64,000 nucleotides of DNA from a virus. Taxonomy: Duplodnaviria; Caudoviricetes. The stretch's first letter is position 1, and each line of letters starts with the position of its first letter. The notes under the pieces are model-generated. The model did not search any database. It saw only the letters and a list, made by a program, of their open reading frames with translations, and was not told the origin of the DNA. Where the stretch lies: positions 11,384-75,383 of IMG/VR virus record IMGVR_UViG_3300020576_002141, one strand, 5' to 3'. Below are positions 37,801 through 48,264 of this stretch, one piece after another. Both the position numbers and the translations under genes were made by a program.

Positions 37801-39717
37801 AAATACGATTCAACCAATGAAGTATTGGTAAAGGTAAACGTTGAAGGCGAAAATGACAACTGGGCAGCCCCAGGTGCGTCTGGTAATGGATTTGGAAGTC
37901 AGTGGAACGACTGGGAGCTAAACTGGCTAGGAAAAGAAATCATCGAAGAACAGACTTCTAGAACCAACAGCACAGTTTCTAGATCTGTAGGACTTTATTC
38001 TTCTTCGTCTTCTTCAAACATTTCTAACAGATCTGTTCCTGAGTCGATTAGAAGATCTAAGCTAAACAGATATGTAAATGAAAATATTGTTCCTTGGATG
38101 AGAGCCAGAAACGTTTCTGTAACAGCAGAAGGACTGAAACCAAACACAACTTACTATCCATATTTTGATGGAGTGGATGTAACCTCTTACTGCACCGGAA
38201 GCCTACTGTCTGATAGTTCGGGAAGAATAACTGGACTTACCTTCGGAATTCCATCTGAAACTTTCAGAACAGGCCAAAGACTATTCAGACTAACTGACAG
38301 CCCAACCGATACCGTAGCAAACACTACTTCGGCCGCTGAATCTGTATACTACGCCAAGGGTTTCATTCAGAACAGAGAAGAAGGAATAGTTTCTGTTCTT
38401 CCTCCTGTAATCAGAAGAGAAAGCGTAAACTCTGAAAACATTATCAACAACATATTGACAAGAAGAAGATCGAGAGATGGTTCTCAGACTATCGGATATA
38501 TCGATCCTCTTGCTCAAACATTCACAGTCGATTCTAATACCTATCCAGATGGCTTCTTCTGCTCGAAGATCGGAATACTGTTCAAGACTAAGGAAACAGA
38601 AACCAATGAGCCAATAATACTACAGGTTCGCCCACTTCAAAGCGGTTTCCCACATCCATCTAAGATTATTCCATTCTCTGAAGTTTATGTCTACCCATCG
38701 GCTATTACAACTAGCACGGATGGAAGTGAAATAACTAACTTCAACTTCAGTACTCCTATATACCTACCACCAGGAGATTATGCTATCTGTCTTCTTTCTT
38801 CTAGTGAAAACTACGAAGTATATACAGCTAAGGCTGGAAACTATTCTCTAGTGGATACCGAACAAAGAGCATCTAAGAATGCTCTGAGTGGCTACTTGTT
38901 TAGACCACAAAACAGCGGAATATACACATCTACAGACACAGAAGATCTTTGCTATATCGTTTATCGTTGCGTGTTCAATACTTCTAGCACATATGCTGAT
39001 ATTGGATTCCAAAATGATGGATTCTCAGCTCCTTCGAATATAAACGTAGATTATGTTCGTATAGCTTCTGAAGAACTAACACCAAGCAACACTTCTGTTT
39101 CCTATGCTTCAACCTCTACCAAGGGATTGAATAATGGTTCCTACTCTGCTAATAGAAACATACAAGCCAATAATACTGCTACAAGAGCCATAGCACAAGG
39201 TGGAAACACCGAACCAGAATTCCGTGTAACTTATGTTGCTACAGAATATGTCTCTCCGCAAATAGATTTGAACAGACTCTACATTTACTCCATTTGCCAT
39301 CTTATCAACTCCAACACAACTCCTGGAAACACACTAGAAGGCAACCCAACTCCTCTAAATGCGTCTGCTGGTACTTTAAGCAGATATATTACAAAGAGTG
39401 TAGAGCTTGATGATACAGTAGAAGCTACGAATATTAATGTCTACTTGAATGCTTACAAGCCAATAGAATCAACTATTCAAGTATGGTTCAGATATCTTCC
39501 TTATGGTCTAAAAACTGGTATATCTGATAGAAGTTGGACTCAGCTTCAATCTGTGACTACAGGAAACTCGGCTAACGAAACCGATTACACAGAACTACAC
39601 TATAACCTAGCAGCAGATGTTGAACGGTATGGAATTTTCCAAATCAAGTTAGTATTCTCAACTACAGATTCCAGTAAATCGCCTGTTGTAAGAAACATGA
39701 GAGCCATTGTTGTATGA
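34891..39717 (+). CDS. Large baseplate-associated structural protein (VrlC-like)
   Basis: FNIDPYYDDFDETKNF.RMLFRPGFAVQARELTQIQTILQNQ; NYAAPGADRYKI; RYTMRDIGNLEKRV.NLEYYTSLS; DPLAQTF; 1608 aa. Confidence 0.88.
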   Translation: MVYDSSLFNIDPYYDDFDETKNFLRMLFRPGFAVQARELTQIQTILQNQLERFGNHLFYDGSMVLDGQITENRAYVARLTSLSGSTDISDYLSSVLQKGTTGPKIRVLHTESGLSGSSVDTHSLIYFNYISGSSLTAGDVVSGTASDTAVSATIIGLTGVTGSAVGSCMLVSVNDGIRYVDGFFVRHDAQNIGLYDVTGPAGSEYRYFASPTVRVGFDTSRSYVTSDDDTSLQDPSFGSYNYAAPGADRYKIDLTINQYSFIPTSTAATDNFSRQDFVEFLRVVDGDVVKKELYPDYSVLEDTLARRTYDESGNYTVRPFDLSTEVGPSDSTLYAKLEAGKAYIFGYEFETQGSTKVSVNKARTTRAVTEESVDRTIGPYLSSMRFNGTADSIGLTFATNKGDTVYLGSSTGNSAFAEIGTAKIRHVNFASGSNYYVYLYDVSFTGGNSEQSIRSIYRVGQTASGKQIFEIASGTTASFSNGNYNNLLFETNYSGLTSVTDLRLYYWAHTAITFNSSNGYGFIPIGSFYDQFVADETPGDFPQSSVMVFSPDGRSLTGTLDITGAPEQLDLRLSVTGPTFGYVYYEVEANDITDIRTKTLSSSTLSLTAGNAVIRTDENNKKYLTLSNYYDVVSISHITGDNGSGLTDMTSWFTLDTGQRDNYYDWARIVLNPSITSSASFTGPYSVSLTRYVHSGNGPCIVNSYPTYSTIPDYTSTSTGKVYKLRDVIDFRPYKDSSGSLTGCDVPSDNVLATISYNHYLPRTDKIVLTRDRQFNVIQGTPSLDAISPADDADSMTLYTITYNPYTYDENDVTIRYIENKRYTMRDIGNLEKRVDNLEYYTSLSVIEQEAKNTAIYDEFGLDRPKLGILVDTFKGHNIGDVLDEYYACSVDYENSALRPKFAVSATPVDYTAIVLQSGITYTSDNILMASWSSSTPTIIQTVVTDSIQVNNTGVFPLLGKVSLSPSTDAKYDSTNEVLVKVNVEGENDNWAAPGASGNGFGSQWNDWELNWLGKEIIEEQTSRTNSTVSRSVGLYSSSSSSNISNRSVPESIRRSKLNRYVNENIVPWMRARNVSVTAEGLKPNTTYYPYFDGVDVTSYCTGSLLSDSSGRITGLTFGIPSETFRTGQRLFRLTDSPTDTVANTTSAAESVYYAKGFIQNREEGIVSVLPPVIRRESVNSENIINNILTRRRSRDGSQTIGYIDPLAQTFTVDSNTYPDGFFCSKIGILFKTKETETNEPIILQVRPLQSGFPHPSKIIPFSEVYVYPSAITTSTDGSEITNFNFSTPIYLPPGDYAICLLSSSENYEVYTAKAGNYSLVDTEQRASKNALSGYLFRPQNSGIYTSTDTEDLCYIVYRCVFNTSSTYADIGFQNDGFSAPSNINVDYVRIASEELTPSNTSVSYASTSTKGLNNGSYSANRNIQANNTATRAIAQGGNTEPEFRVTYVATEYVSPQIDLNRLYIYSICHLINSNTTPGNTLEGNPTPLNASAGTLSRYITKSVELDDTVEATNINVYLNAYKPIESTIQVWFRYLPYGLKTGISDRSWTQLQSVTTGNSANETDYTELHYNLAADVERYGIFQIKLVFSTTDSSKSPVVRNMRAIVV

Positions 39718-39917
39718 GAAAGTTTATCAAAGAAACCAAAGAGTTCGTAAGGGATAGTAATAACAATGCTATTTTACGAATATCTACAGCAGAGGTAAAC
39801 AAGTACAAATCTCAAAGAGAAGAACTTCTACGACAGAAAAATGAAATAAATAAGTTGAGAGAAGAAATAGAAAATCTACGAGTTATAGTAAATAAACTTG
39901 TAAATAGGACTGAATAA
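39714..39917 (+). CDS. Small coiled-coil protein conserved after VrlC-like genes
   Basis: FVRDSNNNAIL....E..KYK...coiled-coil; coupled start and stop. Confidence 0.75.
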   Translation: MRKFIKETKEFVRDSNNNAILRISTAEVNKYKSQREELLRQKNEINKLREEIENLRVIVNKLVNRTE

Positions 39918-42900
39918 TGCCCCTAACAGCAGATCTAATAAATATCGATTCACTTGTTTTAAGTGATACCTTTCAAACATGGGTAAATAGAACCAATCAA
40001 ATCATAGATGATTTGAATCCTCTTCAAGTTTACGATGTTGAAGTGGGCACCACTGGAGGTTTACTCAAAGAAACAGGGATGAGCGCCGGAAACTATAACG
40101 GCGTAGTTACTCTTTCTTTGAATCCGGGTCCTGGTGTAGGAACATGGACTTTAGGGGGCGCAAGCAGAGCTGTTGTAGATTTTTCTAGATTTGGTACATA
40201 TAGTCTAGAACTCACGGGTGGTGCTTCTGGTGCGGCTTCTGCTGTGGCTGGAACAGACGAATTCATCATCAACGATATAAGTGATACACAACAATCTGGA
40301 TCTGGAACTGCTAAGAAAGTTCAAGCCAGAAATATGTTGCCATACGAAATAGCAGGCGACCACAGGTTTAGCAGCAACATAACAATTGGTGGTAATCTTA
40401 TAGTTCAGGGATCTGATACATTTATCGCAGCCAACAATCTTCGTATTGAAGACAAGCAGATCGAACTGGCTTATCAGCAAGCTATTGCGTTAACTCTTAC
40501 GGGTGTCACGGGTGGTACGTTTAGATCGACTTCTTTTGGTGCTACGGCGTATCACTTCGTTACTTCGACAGGGTTGACTCCTGATATGTATGGTCACCTT
40601 GATACATACACGGGTGCAGCCGCAGGTCCTACCGGTAGGTTTACAATAGGCTCTTTGTTCCAAGATCCATATGACGCAGATAACTTTGTAGGTATAACTG
40701 GATATATTAGCTTAGGATCTACAGGAAACCCAAGATATTTAGTAGTAAGTGCCGGAACTCCATTTAATTCATTCCTAAATGACGAAGAACTATCACAGGG
40801 TGGTATTGTTCTAAAGGGTGCGTCGGGAGACAAGTCTTTTCTTTGGTTAGATTCTGATACATCTCTTGTTTATAATTACGAAAATACATGGGCTGCGTTG
40901 ACTTCAAATATTGGCGTGGCTTCTCCATATAACTCAGTAGTATCCAGCAACTATAGATCTGTCTATGTTATAGATGACGATGATGATATTTTCAGATTTA
41001 TGTCTTATGATAGTGCTTTCGGAGTCAAGCTACTGCTGGGTTCGGCTCCGTGGTCAATAACGGCAAACTCTCAGTTTGGAAGCTCTATAGGTTTCTATAG
41101 ACCTGCTACAACATATCAGCTAGCAATAGTTTCTCATACTGGCGGAAATGCTGCTTATACAACACTTGCTACGCTGATGCCAAATATTTCTCAAGCAGGT
41201 GGTGTCACCGGCTCCACTTGGAGAGCCCTACAAGGAATAACAGCCACAAACTTCTTCTATCAACTAAACGTAGATCAACTTGACGGTGCTCACGGATCGA
41301 CCTCAGCCGCTGCGTATACTATTCCTATTGCTAGCGAATATGGAACGATTGATGAAACTTGGCTAGAAGCTTCTTCTATAAGAAGAAGAGTAACACAAGC
41401 TTCCCATGGTTTGACTATGGGCGATGTTGTAAGAGTTAACTCTTCTGGAAGCTATGTAAAAGCTATCGCAACTTCTCCTCAACTAGGAGAAGCAATAGGT
41501 ATGGTCTCATCTGTTTCCGGAAACTCATTTGTCGTTACACTAAAGGGAAAGATTTCTGGACTATCAGGAGCTGTGCAAACAGTCGAAGCTGCGGCATATA
41601 CTCCTGGCGAAGTTTACTTCCTTTCTGGATCTACAGCAGGAAAACTGATATCAGATCCAGATAATGCAGTTCTTACTAGAATACCAGCCGGTGGTGTTCG
41701 TAAGCCAATGTTCTTACCGACAAGCACCACAGAAGGATATGTATTAGGATATGTTGGATCGGTTGTCACCGAACATACAGATGAGCTTTACTTAGATGGA
41801 CTAGTTCCTCTCGGCACCATTTATCCATACGCAGCAAGTTCTTCTTATATAACTGAAGAATGGCTAATCTGTGACGGATCTAGATATACCCGAGCTGCTT
41901 ATCCAGATTTGTATACCATAACATATAATCTATATTACGCTAACGTTGTTATAGCAAACGCCGGTGATGATTATGGAACTATAGAAGGTGGTATAAGAAA
42001 CCTTGCTATCGGCGACGTAGTAACCGTAAGATATAATGGAACAGATTACGACAGAGAAATAACAGATCTAAACGAATCTACAGATTATGTTCAGTTTGAT
42101 ACTGGTCTTCCCTACGCCGCAACATATGAAATGCGAGTAACCGAAGACAGCAACGGAAATGAAGTATTCTTTATTCCTGATTTGAGATCTAAGTTCATCA
42201 GAGGCAAAGGTACTTCGCAAAATGCTGGAACTATAGGCGGCTCGGATACCGTAACTCTCGATATCGGAAACTTACCATCTCACAGCCACGGTCTGGATAT
42301 TCAGTCAACCGATGCGCAAGCTGGTTCTGGTTTGGGACTAGTAAAAGATGGATCAACAAATGATACAACTACTTCTCTAACCGGTGGCGGAGAAGCAGTA
42401 GACATAGTGCCTTCTTATGTTGCTTTGTATTACATAATCAGGGCTAAGCACAAGACAAAAGCCACCATTCTGACTGGACATGATCATGACAACAGATATA
42501 TTAGATTTGACGCTACTCACGATTCTTCTCTTGGTTTAACTGAAGGTGGAAGAGAAAGATTTAGAAGAAACGCAAGCGTCGCTGGATATCCTCTGGGATC
42601 CAGTTTGACAGCGTTTGGTCCTACACACGATCACGATTTGCGTTATGTAAGATTCGATGATACACAAACTCTAACCGATTCGCAAGAATATAAAGCCAGA
42701 ACAAACATCAATGCTGCTGCGGCTGGTGAAGGAGATGGATATGCACAAAACTCTTCATCAACAGCTCACAACCATGACTACATTTATCCAAGATTTGATG
42801 GGCAAGCTCAGAGCGCATTTGATGATTATCCTTCTATCAAGTCTGCTTTCCGCACAAAACTCGGAGTATACTCTACTACCGAAATGGATGACAGATATGT

Positions 42901-43921
42901 AAATGTCTCCGGTGATACAATGCGCGGTAACCTCACCATGAGCAGCGCCAATATTATTATCACCAACGGTATGCTACAAGCTGATACCTCATTCAAGATG
43001 AACGGAAGCGATTCTTCGAATCCATTTATCGAGGCTAACTCCACATCGAAGTATGCTATATTCGATATAAACAACACATACTCTTCATACTTTATCGTAG
43101 AAAGTTCAGACTTAGACAACTCCACAAACGGAAGAACACGCAAAGATATACTGTATATTTACAGAGAACCGAACCCCTCTGGAAACAACTCGAACTGCGA
43201 AGTTCAAGTATACGGTGACTTTACGGTGTGGGGTGATGGACAGACCACTCAGGGGTATGCTGGAATCTCGAATCCTCTTTCTCAAGTAGGAGCCTTTGGT
43301 GTTGATCCTCACTTGGGAAGAATTTTCGTCGGCGGCCGTCAACCAAGAACAGATTCATCCTTAGTTGCTGGACCAGAAATCAATCTGATTGAAGGTAACG
43401 ATTATATAACACCGAGCACTCATGGTAAGATTACCGGTCTAACATTCCCAACAGAGACTCATGCGGCTGCGAACAAAGCTTATGTAGATAAGCAAACCGC
43501 TCTATTCAAATATTGGGCTATAGGTTCTGGATCAGATGGAGTAACTGCGGCAAACGGACTCTATTATCCCGTAAGCAATAATACATCCTTTGGTATTGAT
43601 GCTGTCAATCCTATAACAAGAAACAACATATCTCTTCCAACAGGATACTGGCACTTTACCTTGATTTACTCCTTCATAAATGCTGATAACGCTGATTGTG
43701 ATATAGTATTTACAGTTAATGGAGATACTGTAAGAACCCACGTTCAGGGGCCCGGAGCAAACGATAGAACATTATCTGGATCTATAACTCTTCTTACTAA
43801 CATAACTAGTACATTCGATATATCTGTTTCTGTTTCCGGAATTGTTCCAGATGATACTCAGATGGACTGGACTCACGCAGAGATAAACGCAACTAAGGTA
43901 GGAGACGTTTACACGGTATAA
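39917..43921 (+). CDS. Tail fibre protein with collar domain and HxH repeats
   Basis: N-terminal DTFQTWVNRTN; HGL domain; collar VPLGTIYPYA...WLICDG...PDLRSKFIRG...LPSHSH...PSYVALYYIIRA; HxHDxxYxRFD repeats. Confidence 0.8.
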   Translation: MPLTADLINIDSLVLSDTFQTWVNRTNQIIDDLNPLQVYDVEVGTTGGLLKETGMSAGNYNGVVTLSLNPGPGVGTWTLGGASRAVVDFSRFGTYSLELTGGASGAASAVAGTDEFIINDISDTQQSGSGTAKKVQARNMLPYEIAGDHRFSSNITIGGNLIVQGSDTFIAANNLRIEDKQIELAYQQAIALTLTGVTGGTFRSTSFGATAYHFVTSTGLTPDMYGHLDTYTGAAAGPTGRFTIGSLFQDPYDADNFVGITGYISLGSTGNPRYLVVSAGTPFNSFLNDEELSQGGIVLKGASGDKSFLWLDSDTSLVYNYENTWAALTSNIGVASPYNSVVSSNYRSVYVIDDDDDIFRFMSYDSAFGVKLLLGSAPWSITANSQFGSSIGFYRPATTYQLAIVSHTGGNAAYTTLATLMPNISQAGGVTGSTWRALQGITATNFFYQLNVDQLDGAHGSTSAAAYTIPIASEYGTIDETWLEASSIRRRVTQASHGLTMGDVVRVNSSGSYVKAIATSPQLGEAIGMVSSVSGNSFVVTLKGKISGLSGAVQTVEAAAYTPGEVYFLSGSTAGKLISDPDNAVLTRIPAGGVRKPMFLPTSTTEGYVLGYVGSVVTEHTDELYLDGLVPLGTIYPYAASSSYITEEWLICDGSRYTRAAYPDLYTITYNLYYANVVIANAGDDYGTIEGGIRNLAIGDVVTVRYNGTDYDREITDLNESTDYVQFDTGLPYAATYEMRVTEDSNGNEVFFIPDLRSKFIRGKGTSQNAGTIGGSDTVTLDIGNLPSHSHGLDIQSTDAQAGSGLGLVKDGSTNDTTTSLTGGGEAVDIVPSYVALYYIIRAKHKTKATILTGHDHDNRYIRFDATHDSSLGLTEGGRERFRRNASVAGYPLGSSLTAFGPTHDHDLRYVRFDDTQTLTDSQEYKARTNINAAAAGEGDGYAQNSSSTAHNHDYIYPRFDGQAQSAFDDYPSIKSAFRTKLGVYSTTEMDDRYVNVSGDTMRGNLTMSSANIIITNGMLQADTSFKMNGSDSSNPFIEANSTSKYAIFDINNTYSSYFIVESSDLDNSTNGRTRKDILYIYREPNPSGNNSNCEVQVYGDFTVWGDGQTTQGYAGISNPLSQVGAFGVDPHLGRIFVGGRQPRTDSSLVAGPEINLIEGNDYITPSTHGKITGLTFPTETHAAANKAYVDKQTALFKYWAIGSGSDGVTAANGLYYPVSNNTSFGIDAVNPITRNNISLPTGYWHFTLIYSFINADNADCDIVFTVNGDTVRTHVQGPGANDRTLSGSITLLTNITSTFDISVSVSGIVPDDTQMDWTHAEINATKVGDVYTV

Positions 43922-43924
43922 CCT

Positions 43925-44263
43925 ATGGCTATAACAAAAAACATCTTTATAGATCAGGGATCTACTTATAGTGCGTCTTTGACAGCCCAAGATTCATATG
44001 GAAATACAATAAATATAGACGGAGCAACAGGATATTGTCATCTCAGAAGAAGCTATTATTCTTCTTCTTATAATGAAATGACTGTTTCTGTAACTGGTGC
44101 ATCTGGCTCTGGTTGGTATAATCTCTATATGGGAGCTACAGCTACTGCTGAATTAAAACCAGGAGTATATGTTTACGATGTTGAGTTTCACAAGCCGGAC
44201 GGTACAGTTGTAAGAGTTCGCCAAGGAAATGCTACAGTAGACCCGGAAGTGACTAAGTTATAA
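43925..44263 (+). CDS. Virion adaptor protein (BppU N-terminal-like)
   Basis: MAITKNIFIDQGSTYS...LRRSYYSS...T..LKPGVYVYDVE...RV.QG.A.V.PEVT. Confidence 0.75.
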   Translation: MAITKNIFIDQGSTYSASLTAQDSYGNTINIDGATGYCHLRRSYYSSSYNEMTVSVTGASGSGWYNLYMGATATAELKPGVYVYDVEFHKPDGTVVRVRQGNATVDPEVTKL

Positions 44264-44276
44264 TGCGGAGAAGTAG

Positions 44277-44849
44277 ATGCTGAATTTTACAAACTTTACT
44301 AGACTTGATAATATTTTCAAGTTTAATACATTCAAAAAATCAGTAGTATCTGAATCCGCTTTTTCTAGAATATGTGGTTCATATAAAAACGTAAGCTTGA
44401 TTTTCTCAGAAAATCAAAAAGACTATGTACAAATATTGAATACTATCAAAGAAAATCAAAGATGTTATCCTGTTGTGTGTATGTGTAACAACAGAATAGT
44501 TTCGGGTATTCTTATTACAGAAAACGTCAACGAATCCAACGATGTGTTTAAAAATAGATTGAATGAAATATATGAAATAAATCCAGATTCCATACTTGTT
44601 CTATATAAGCAAGGAGTTTCATCTAAAATCTTATTTGAAAACTCTATGGTAGAACTAGAGAAATCGCATTTAATAGAAGACTTCAATCAACACATATCTA
44701 AAGTTATAGACAAAGACTTTAAGATTCTTGGAATTGAAGTACCAACCGAAAAAGAACTAGTAAATGAGTACAGAAAAAACAACTATATAGTATTTGCTTT
44801 AAACGAAGACGAGTTTAATAACAGCGTTTCCTGGAAAGATATTATCTAA
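44277..44849 (+). CDS. Hypothetical protein
   Basis: 190-aa ORF, GGAG SD. Confidence 0.65.
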   Translation: MLNFTNFTRLDNIFKFNTFKKSVVSESAFSRICGSYKNVSLIFSENQKDYVQILNTIKENQRCYPVVCMCNNRIVSGILITENVNESNDVFKNRLNEIYEINPDSILVLYKQGVSSKILFENSMVELEKSHLIEDFNQHISKVIDKDFKILGIEVPTEKELVNEYRKNNYIVFALNEDEFNNSVSWKDII

Positions 44850-44853
44850 AAAA

Positions 44854-46857
44854 ATGAATCTTGTACTGAAAAAAGCATTTGGTATTTACAAACAAGGGCA
44901 TAGCTTTAAGCTGTCCGAAAATTATCACATGCTGGATGAACATATCTCTGTAGGCAAGAAAAACACTATAAAACTATCTGTTATGGATTCGTTTGGTTCA
45001 AAAGTTGGACTATTTTATGATACATTCGATCAAATAAAAGAATACTTTGATTTTGATTATTCTCTCTATCTCAAAGAAAATAACTTATTTTATCTAAAGA
45101 CTCCATTCGGTATATACGAACGCGGAGATATCTTTGTAAAGATCCATTCGTGTAATATTGTAGCCGAAACATATGCTATCTCTGGTAGCGATAGCCATTA
45201 TTTTATAGATCCGTCTAATACGTGTATAGAAATAATCTGCGATCAATCTAATCTATCGGAAGTATTCTATACATTCTCGCCTGACACGAAACCCATTTCC
45301 AACACCCTGGGATTGACGGAAGAGAATATTTCTTCGCTTCAGAGTATACCGGGTATAAAAGGAGACAAGGGCGACAGAGGAGAAATGGGTCCTCGTGGAT
45401 ATGATGGCAAACAAGGCGAACGAGGACTTCAAGGATTTCCTGGACAAAAAGGAGATCCCGGTGAAAGAGGCCCAAGAGGAGAAAGAGGTCCGAAGGGAGA
45501 TAAGGGTGATCCTGGGCGAGACGGTATTGATGGAAGTCCAGGATTAAAGGGTGATGTTGGTCCCAGAGGACCAACAGGCGAATCTGGATTATTAAAGGCT
45601 ATCTATCCTTTGCGATATGATAGCAAATCTAAAATATTAGATATCGATATAACAAAAATATCCGCTGCCTTCGGTGTGCCCGGCGGTGGTATGGATACCG
45701 CCTTTAAGCAGATAGTCGTAGACGGTGTTACATTAAACTCTATTCAGTATACAGATGAAACATTTACGATTAATAGTGGTTCAAATGTTTCTATAGTAAC
45801 AAATCCTCTTTCAAACTCAATAACAATCTCTTCTCTTGGTGGTGGTGGAGGTGGAGGGTCTAGTACAAGCACGTCTCTTACTGTAAATCAGGTATCTCAT
45901 GGTTTAACTACCGGTGATGCTATTTATTTTGATGGTTCAACTTGGCAAAAAGCTAAGTCCGATTCGTCTGATACATTGGGAATAGCAGTAGCTAGCATAG
46001 TAAACGCAAACTATTTTAATGCCATATTTTCTGGCTTTATGGAACTAAACGGTCTGTCTGCTGGAAACTACTATTTTGTTTCTAGCACAACAGCGGGTGA
46101 ACTTACCTTAGAAGATTCTACGATAAGCAATCCAATTTTGTTTGCTACTGGTATTACTCAGGGTATAGTACTACCTTGGAGACCAACAACAAATATTAGC
46201 ACAAGCTCATCGTCCGGTGGTGGCGAATCAACGAGTTTAAGAGTTAATCAAAATTCACATGGTCTTTCCACTGGTGATGCTATTTATTTTGATGGTTCTT
46301 TGTGGAGAAAAGCCAAATCCGATTCAGCTAGTACTCTGGGTATAGCAATCGCTAGATTCGTGTCATCAAATTCATTTGATGCTATATTTTCTGGGTTTAT
46401 ATCTACTGGTGGGTTGTCAGCAGGAAACTACTACTTTGTATCTAGTGCTACAGCCGGATTACTAACAACTCAAACAAGCAATATAAGCAATCCAATTTTG
46501 TTTGCTACTGGTATTACTCAGGGTATAGTACTACCTTGGAGACCAACAACAAACTCCGACGGAGCTTCTCCTAATAGCATCATGACTATAACAGAAAACC
46601 AGTATTTTATGAGTAATGATGATGATATCATTTTAGGTGATGCTTCTCTCACTACCGTAAACATTTATTTGCCTGATCCATATGTTAATACCGGCAAACA
46701 ATATAATTTCAAGAAAATAGATTCTACTACTGGATATATAAATATATTGCCAAATGTATCTGAAAATATAGAAGGTACATCTTCAAAGTCTTTAACTACA
46801 CAATATTCTCATTGTATTTTATCTAGTGATGGATCTCAATGGTGGGTCGTAGGATGA
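44854..46857 (+). CDS. Collagen-like fibre protein with two tandem HGL domains and a gp9/10-like C-terminus
   Basis: Charged G-X-Y run (GIKGDKGDRGEMGPRG...), two ~105-aa domains at 45871-46185 and 46231-46545. Confidence 0.75.
   Translation: MNLVLKKAFGIYKQGHSFKLSENYHMLDEHISVGKKNTIKLSVMDSFGSKVGLFYDTFDQIKEYFDFDYSLYLKENNLFYLKTPFGIYERGDIFVKIHSCNIVAETYAISGSDSHYFIDPSNTCIEIICDQSNLSEVFYTFSPDTKPISNTLGLTEENISSLQSIPGIKGDKGDRGEMGPRGYDGKQGERGLQGFPGQKGDPGERGPRGERGPKGDKGDPGRDGIDGSPGLKGDVGPRGPTGESGLLKAIYPLRYDSKSKILDIDITKISAAFGVPGGGMDTAFKQIVVDGVTLNSIQYTDETFTINSGSNVSIVTNPLSNSITISSLGGGGGGGSSTSTSLTVNQVSHGLTTGDAIYFDGSTWQKAKSDSSDTLGIAVASIVNANYFNAIFSGFMELNGLSAGNYYFVSSTTAGELTLEDSTISNPILFATGITQGIVLPWRPTTNISTSSSSGGGESTSLRVNQNSHGLSTGDAIYFDGSLWRKAKSDSASTLGIAIARFVSSNSFDAIFSGFISTGGLSAGNYYFVSSATAGLLTTQTSNISNPILFATGITQGIVLPWRPTTNSDGASPNSIMTITENQYFMSNDDDIILGDASLTTVNIYLPDPYVNTGKQYNFKKIDSTTGYINILPNVSENIEGTSSKSLTTQYSHCILSSDGSQWWVVG
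46123..46553 (+). repeat. 71-bp identical direct repeat (46123-46193 and 46483-46553), 360-bp period
   Basis: ATAAGCAATCCAATTTTGTTTGCTACTGGTATTACTCAGGGTATAGTACTACCTTGGAGACCAACAACAAA occurs twice. Confidence 0.95.
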
Positions 46858-46860
46858 CAA

Positions 46861-47919
46861 ATGCCCAATAATATTCTTTTCACAGCCAGCGGAAATAGAG
46901 GCGCTACAGGCCCAACAGGTGCTCAAGGACCTACTGGATCTCAGGGTATTCAGGGGCCCACCGGTAGTCAAGGCCCCACAGGACCAACGGGAAATGATGG
47001 TTTGCAGGGTATACAGGGTATTCAAGGTATTCAAGGTCCAACAGGACCAACTGGAAATACTGGTCTACAAGGACCAACTGGCCCAACCGGATCTATAGGA
47101 GCAACAGGTTCAACCGGACCAACAGGTAATAGCGGTCCAACAGGTAACACTGGACCAACAGGCTCAATAGGACCAACCGGACCACAAGGAACAACGGGTG
47201 CTACTGGTCCTCAAGGACCAACCGGAGCAACCGGTCCTCTTCCAACTAACTATGTTGTTTCTATCAATGGAACTACTGGACCAATCTCAATAACAGCAGG
47301 TTCGAATGTTACCATCTCCCAGACAGGATTAACATTTACTATCAGTTCTTCTGGTTCCGGTGGCGGGGTTGACTTTACTTATGGAACTGCGGCGCCTCCT
47401 TCTCCTACAAGCGGATCACAATGGTTTGATAGTGAAAATGCTATACTATTTACCTACATCAATGATGGTTCTTCATGGCAATGGGCACAGCTTGTCAAGA
47501 ACGGCAATGGACCAACTGGACCGACAGGACCAACCGGGACAGCTTCTACAAATGTCAAAACATTCTCAGTTGGAGCAGTATTTGATGGTGGTGGAAGTGT
47601 TCCTACTGTCAACAGTTATACATATGTTCGGTCGGCTATCGATGGAACCATAAGCAGAGCCTCGATCTTTGCGGATATTACAGGATCGGCTGTCGTCGGT
47701 GTTTGGAAGTCAACGTGGACGAACTACCCACCCGTTTCCGGAAACTCAATAACAGGATTGACTTTCCCACCAAGCTTATCCGGACAAATCAAAAATGAGT
47801 ATACATCCTTAACTGGGTGGAATACCAGCGTCACAGCCGGTGACGTGTTTGCGTTTAATCTCGATTCAGTTAGCACATCAACAAAGGTGATCGTCCAATT
47901 GGACATTATCAAGACTTAA
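46861..47919 (+). CDS. Thr-rich collagen-like fibre protein
   Basis: Long GPT/GAT/GPQ run, then [12 protein letters not shown] and a C-terminal domain paralogous to 50536. Confidence 0.8.
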   Translation: MPNNILFTASGNRGATGPTGAQGPTGSQGIQGPTGSQGPTGPTGNDGLQGIQGIQGIQGPTGPTGNTGLQGPTGPTGSIGATGSTGPTGNSGPTGNTGPTGSIGPTGPQGTTGATGPQGPTGATGPLPTNYVVSINGTTGPISITAGSNVTISQTGLTFTISSSGSGGGVDFTYGTAAPPSPTSGSQWFDSENAILFTYINDGSSWQWAQLVKNGNGPTGPTGPTGTASTNVKTFSVGAVFDGGGSVPTVNSYTYVRSAIDGTISRASIFADITGSAVVGVWKSTWTNYPPVSGNSITGLTFPPSLSGQIKNEYTSLTGWNTSVTAGDVFAFNLDSVSTSTKVIVQLDIIKT

Positions 47920-47931
47920 GGAGCGGTTTGT

Positions 47932-48258
47932 ATGGATCTAAGAGAAACACCACATTTGAATGTTCACTTTCAAGAAGTTCTTCGTCCAATGGCAGAAAAA
48001 CTAAGAGCCATTTTATACGAAGGTCAAGCCAATCTAAACACTCATATTGAACTTCTTACGGCTTTAAGTATGTTCCCCGATCAGAATGCTTTGGTAATCG
48101 ATGGGCGAGCCGCCGAAGGCGTCAGACCAATGACGGTAGAACAACTGAAAGTAGCCTGCCAGTTTCTGGTGGACATGCTTCAGTGGAGCCAAACCGTAGA
48201 AAACGAACCAAGAGGAACGACAGCACTGAGAATGACCGTGCGTCCATTCAGAGTATAA
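47932..48258 (+). CDS. Hypothetical protein
   Basis: 108 aa, AAGGAG SD. Confidence 0.7.
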   Translation: MDLRETPHLNVHFQEVLRPMAEKLRAILYEGQANLNTHIELLTALSMFPDQNALVIDGRAAEGVRPMTVEQLKVACQFLVDMLQWSQTVENEPRGTTALRMTVRPFRV

Positions 48259-48264
48259 TAAACT

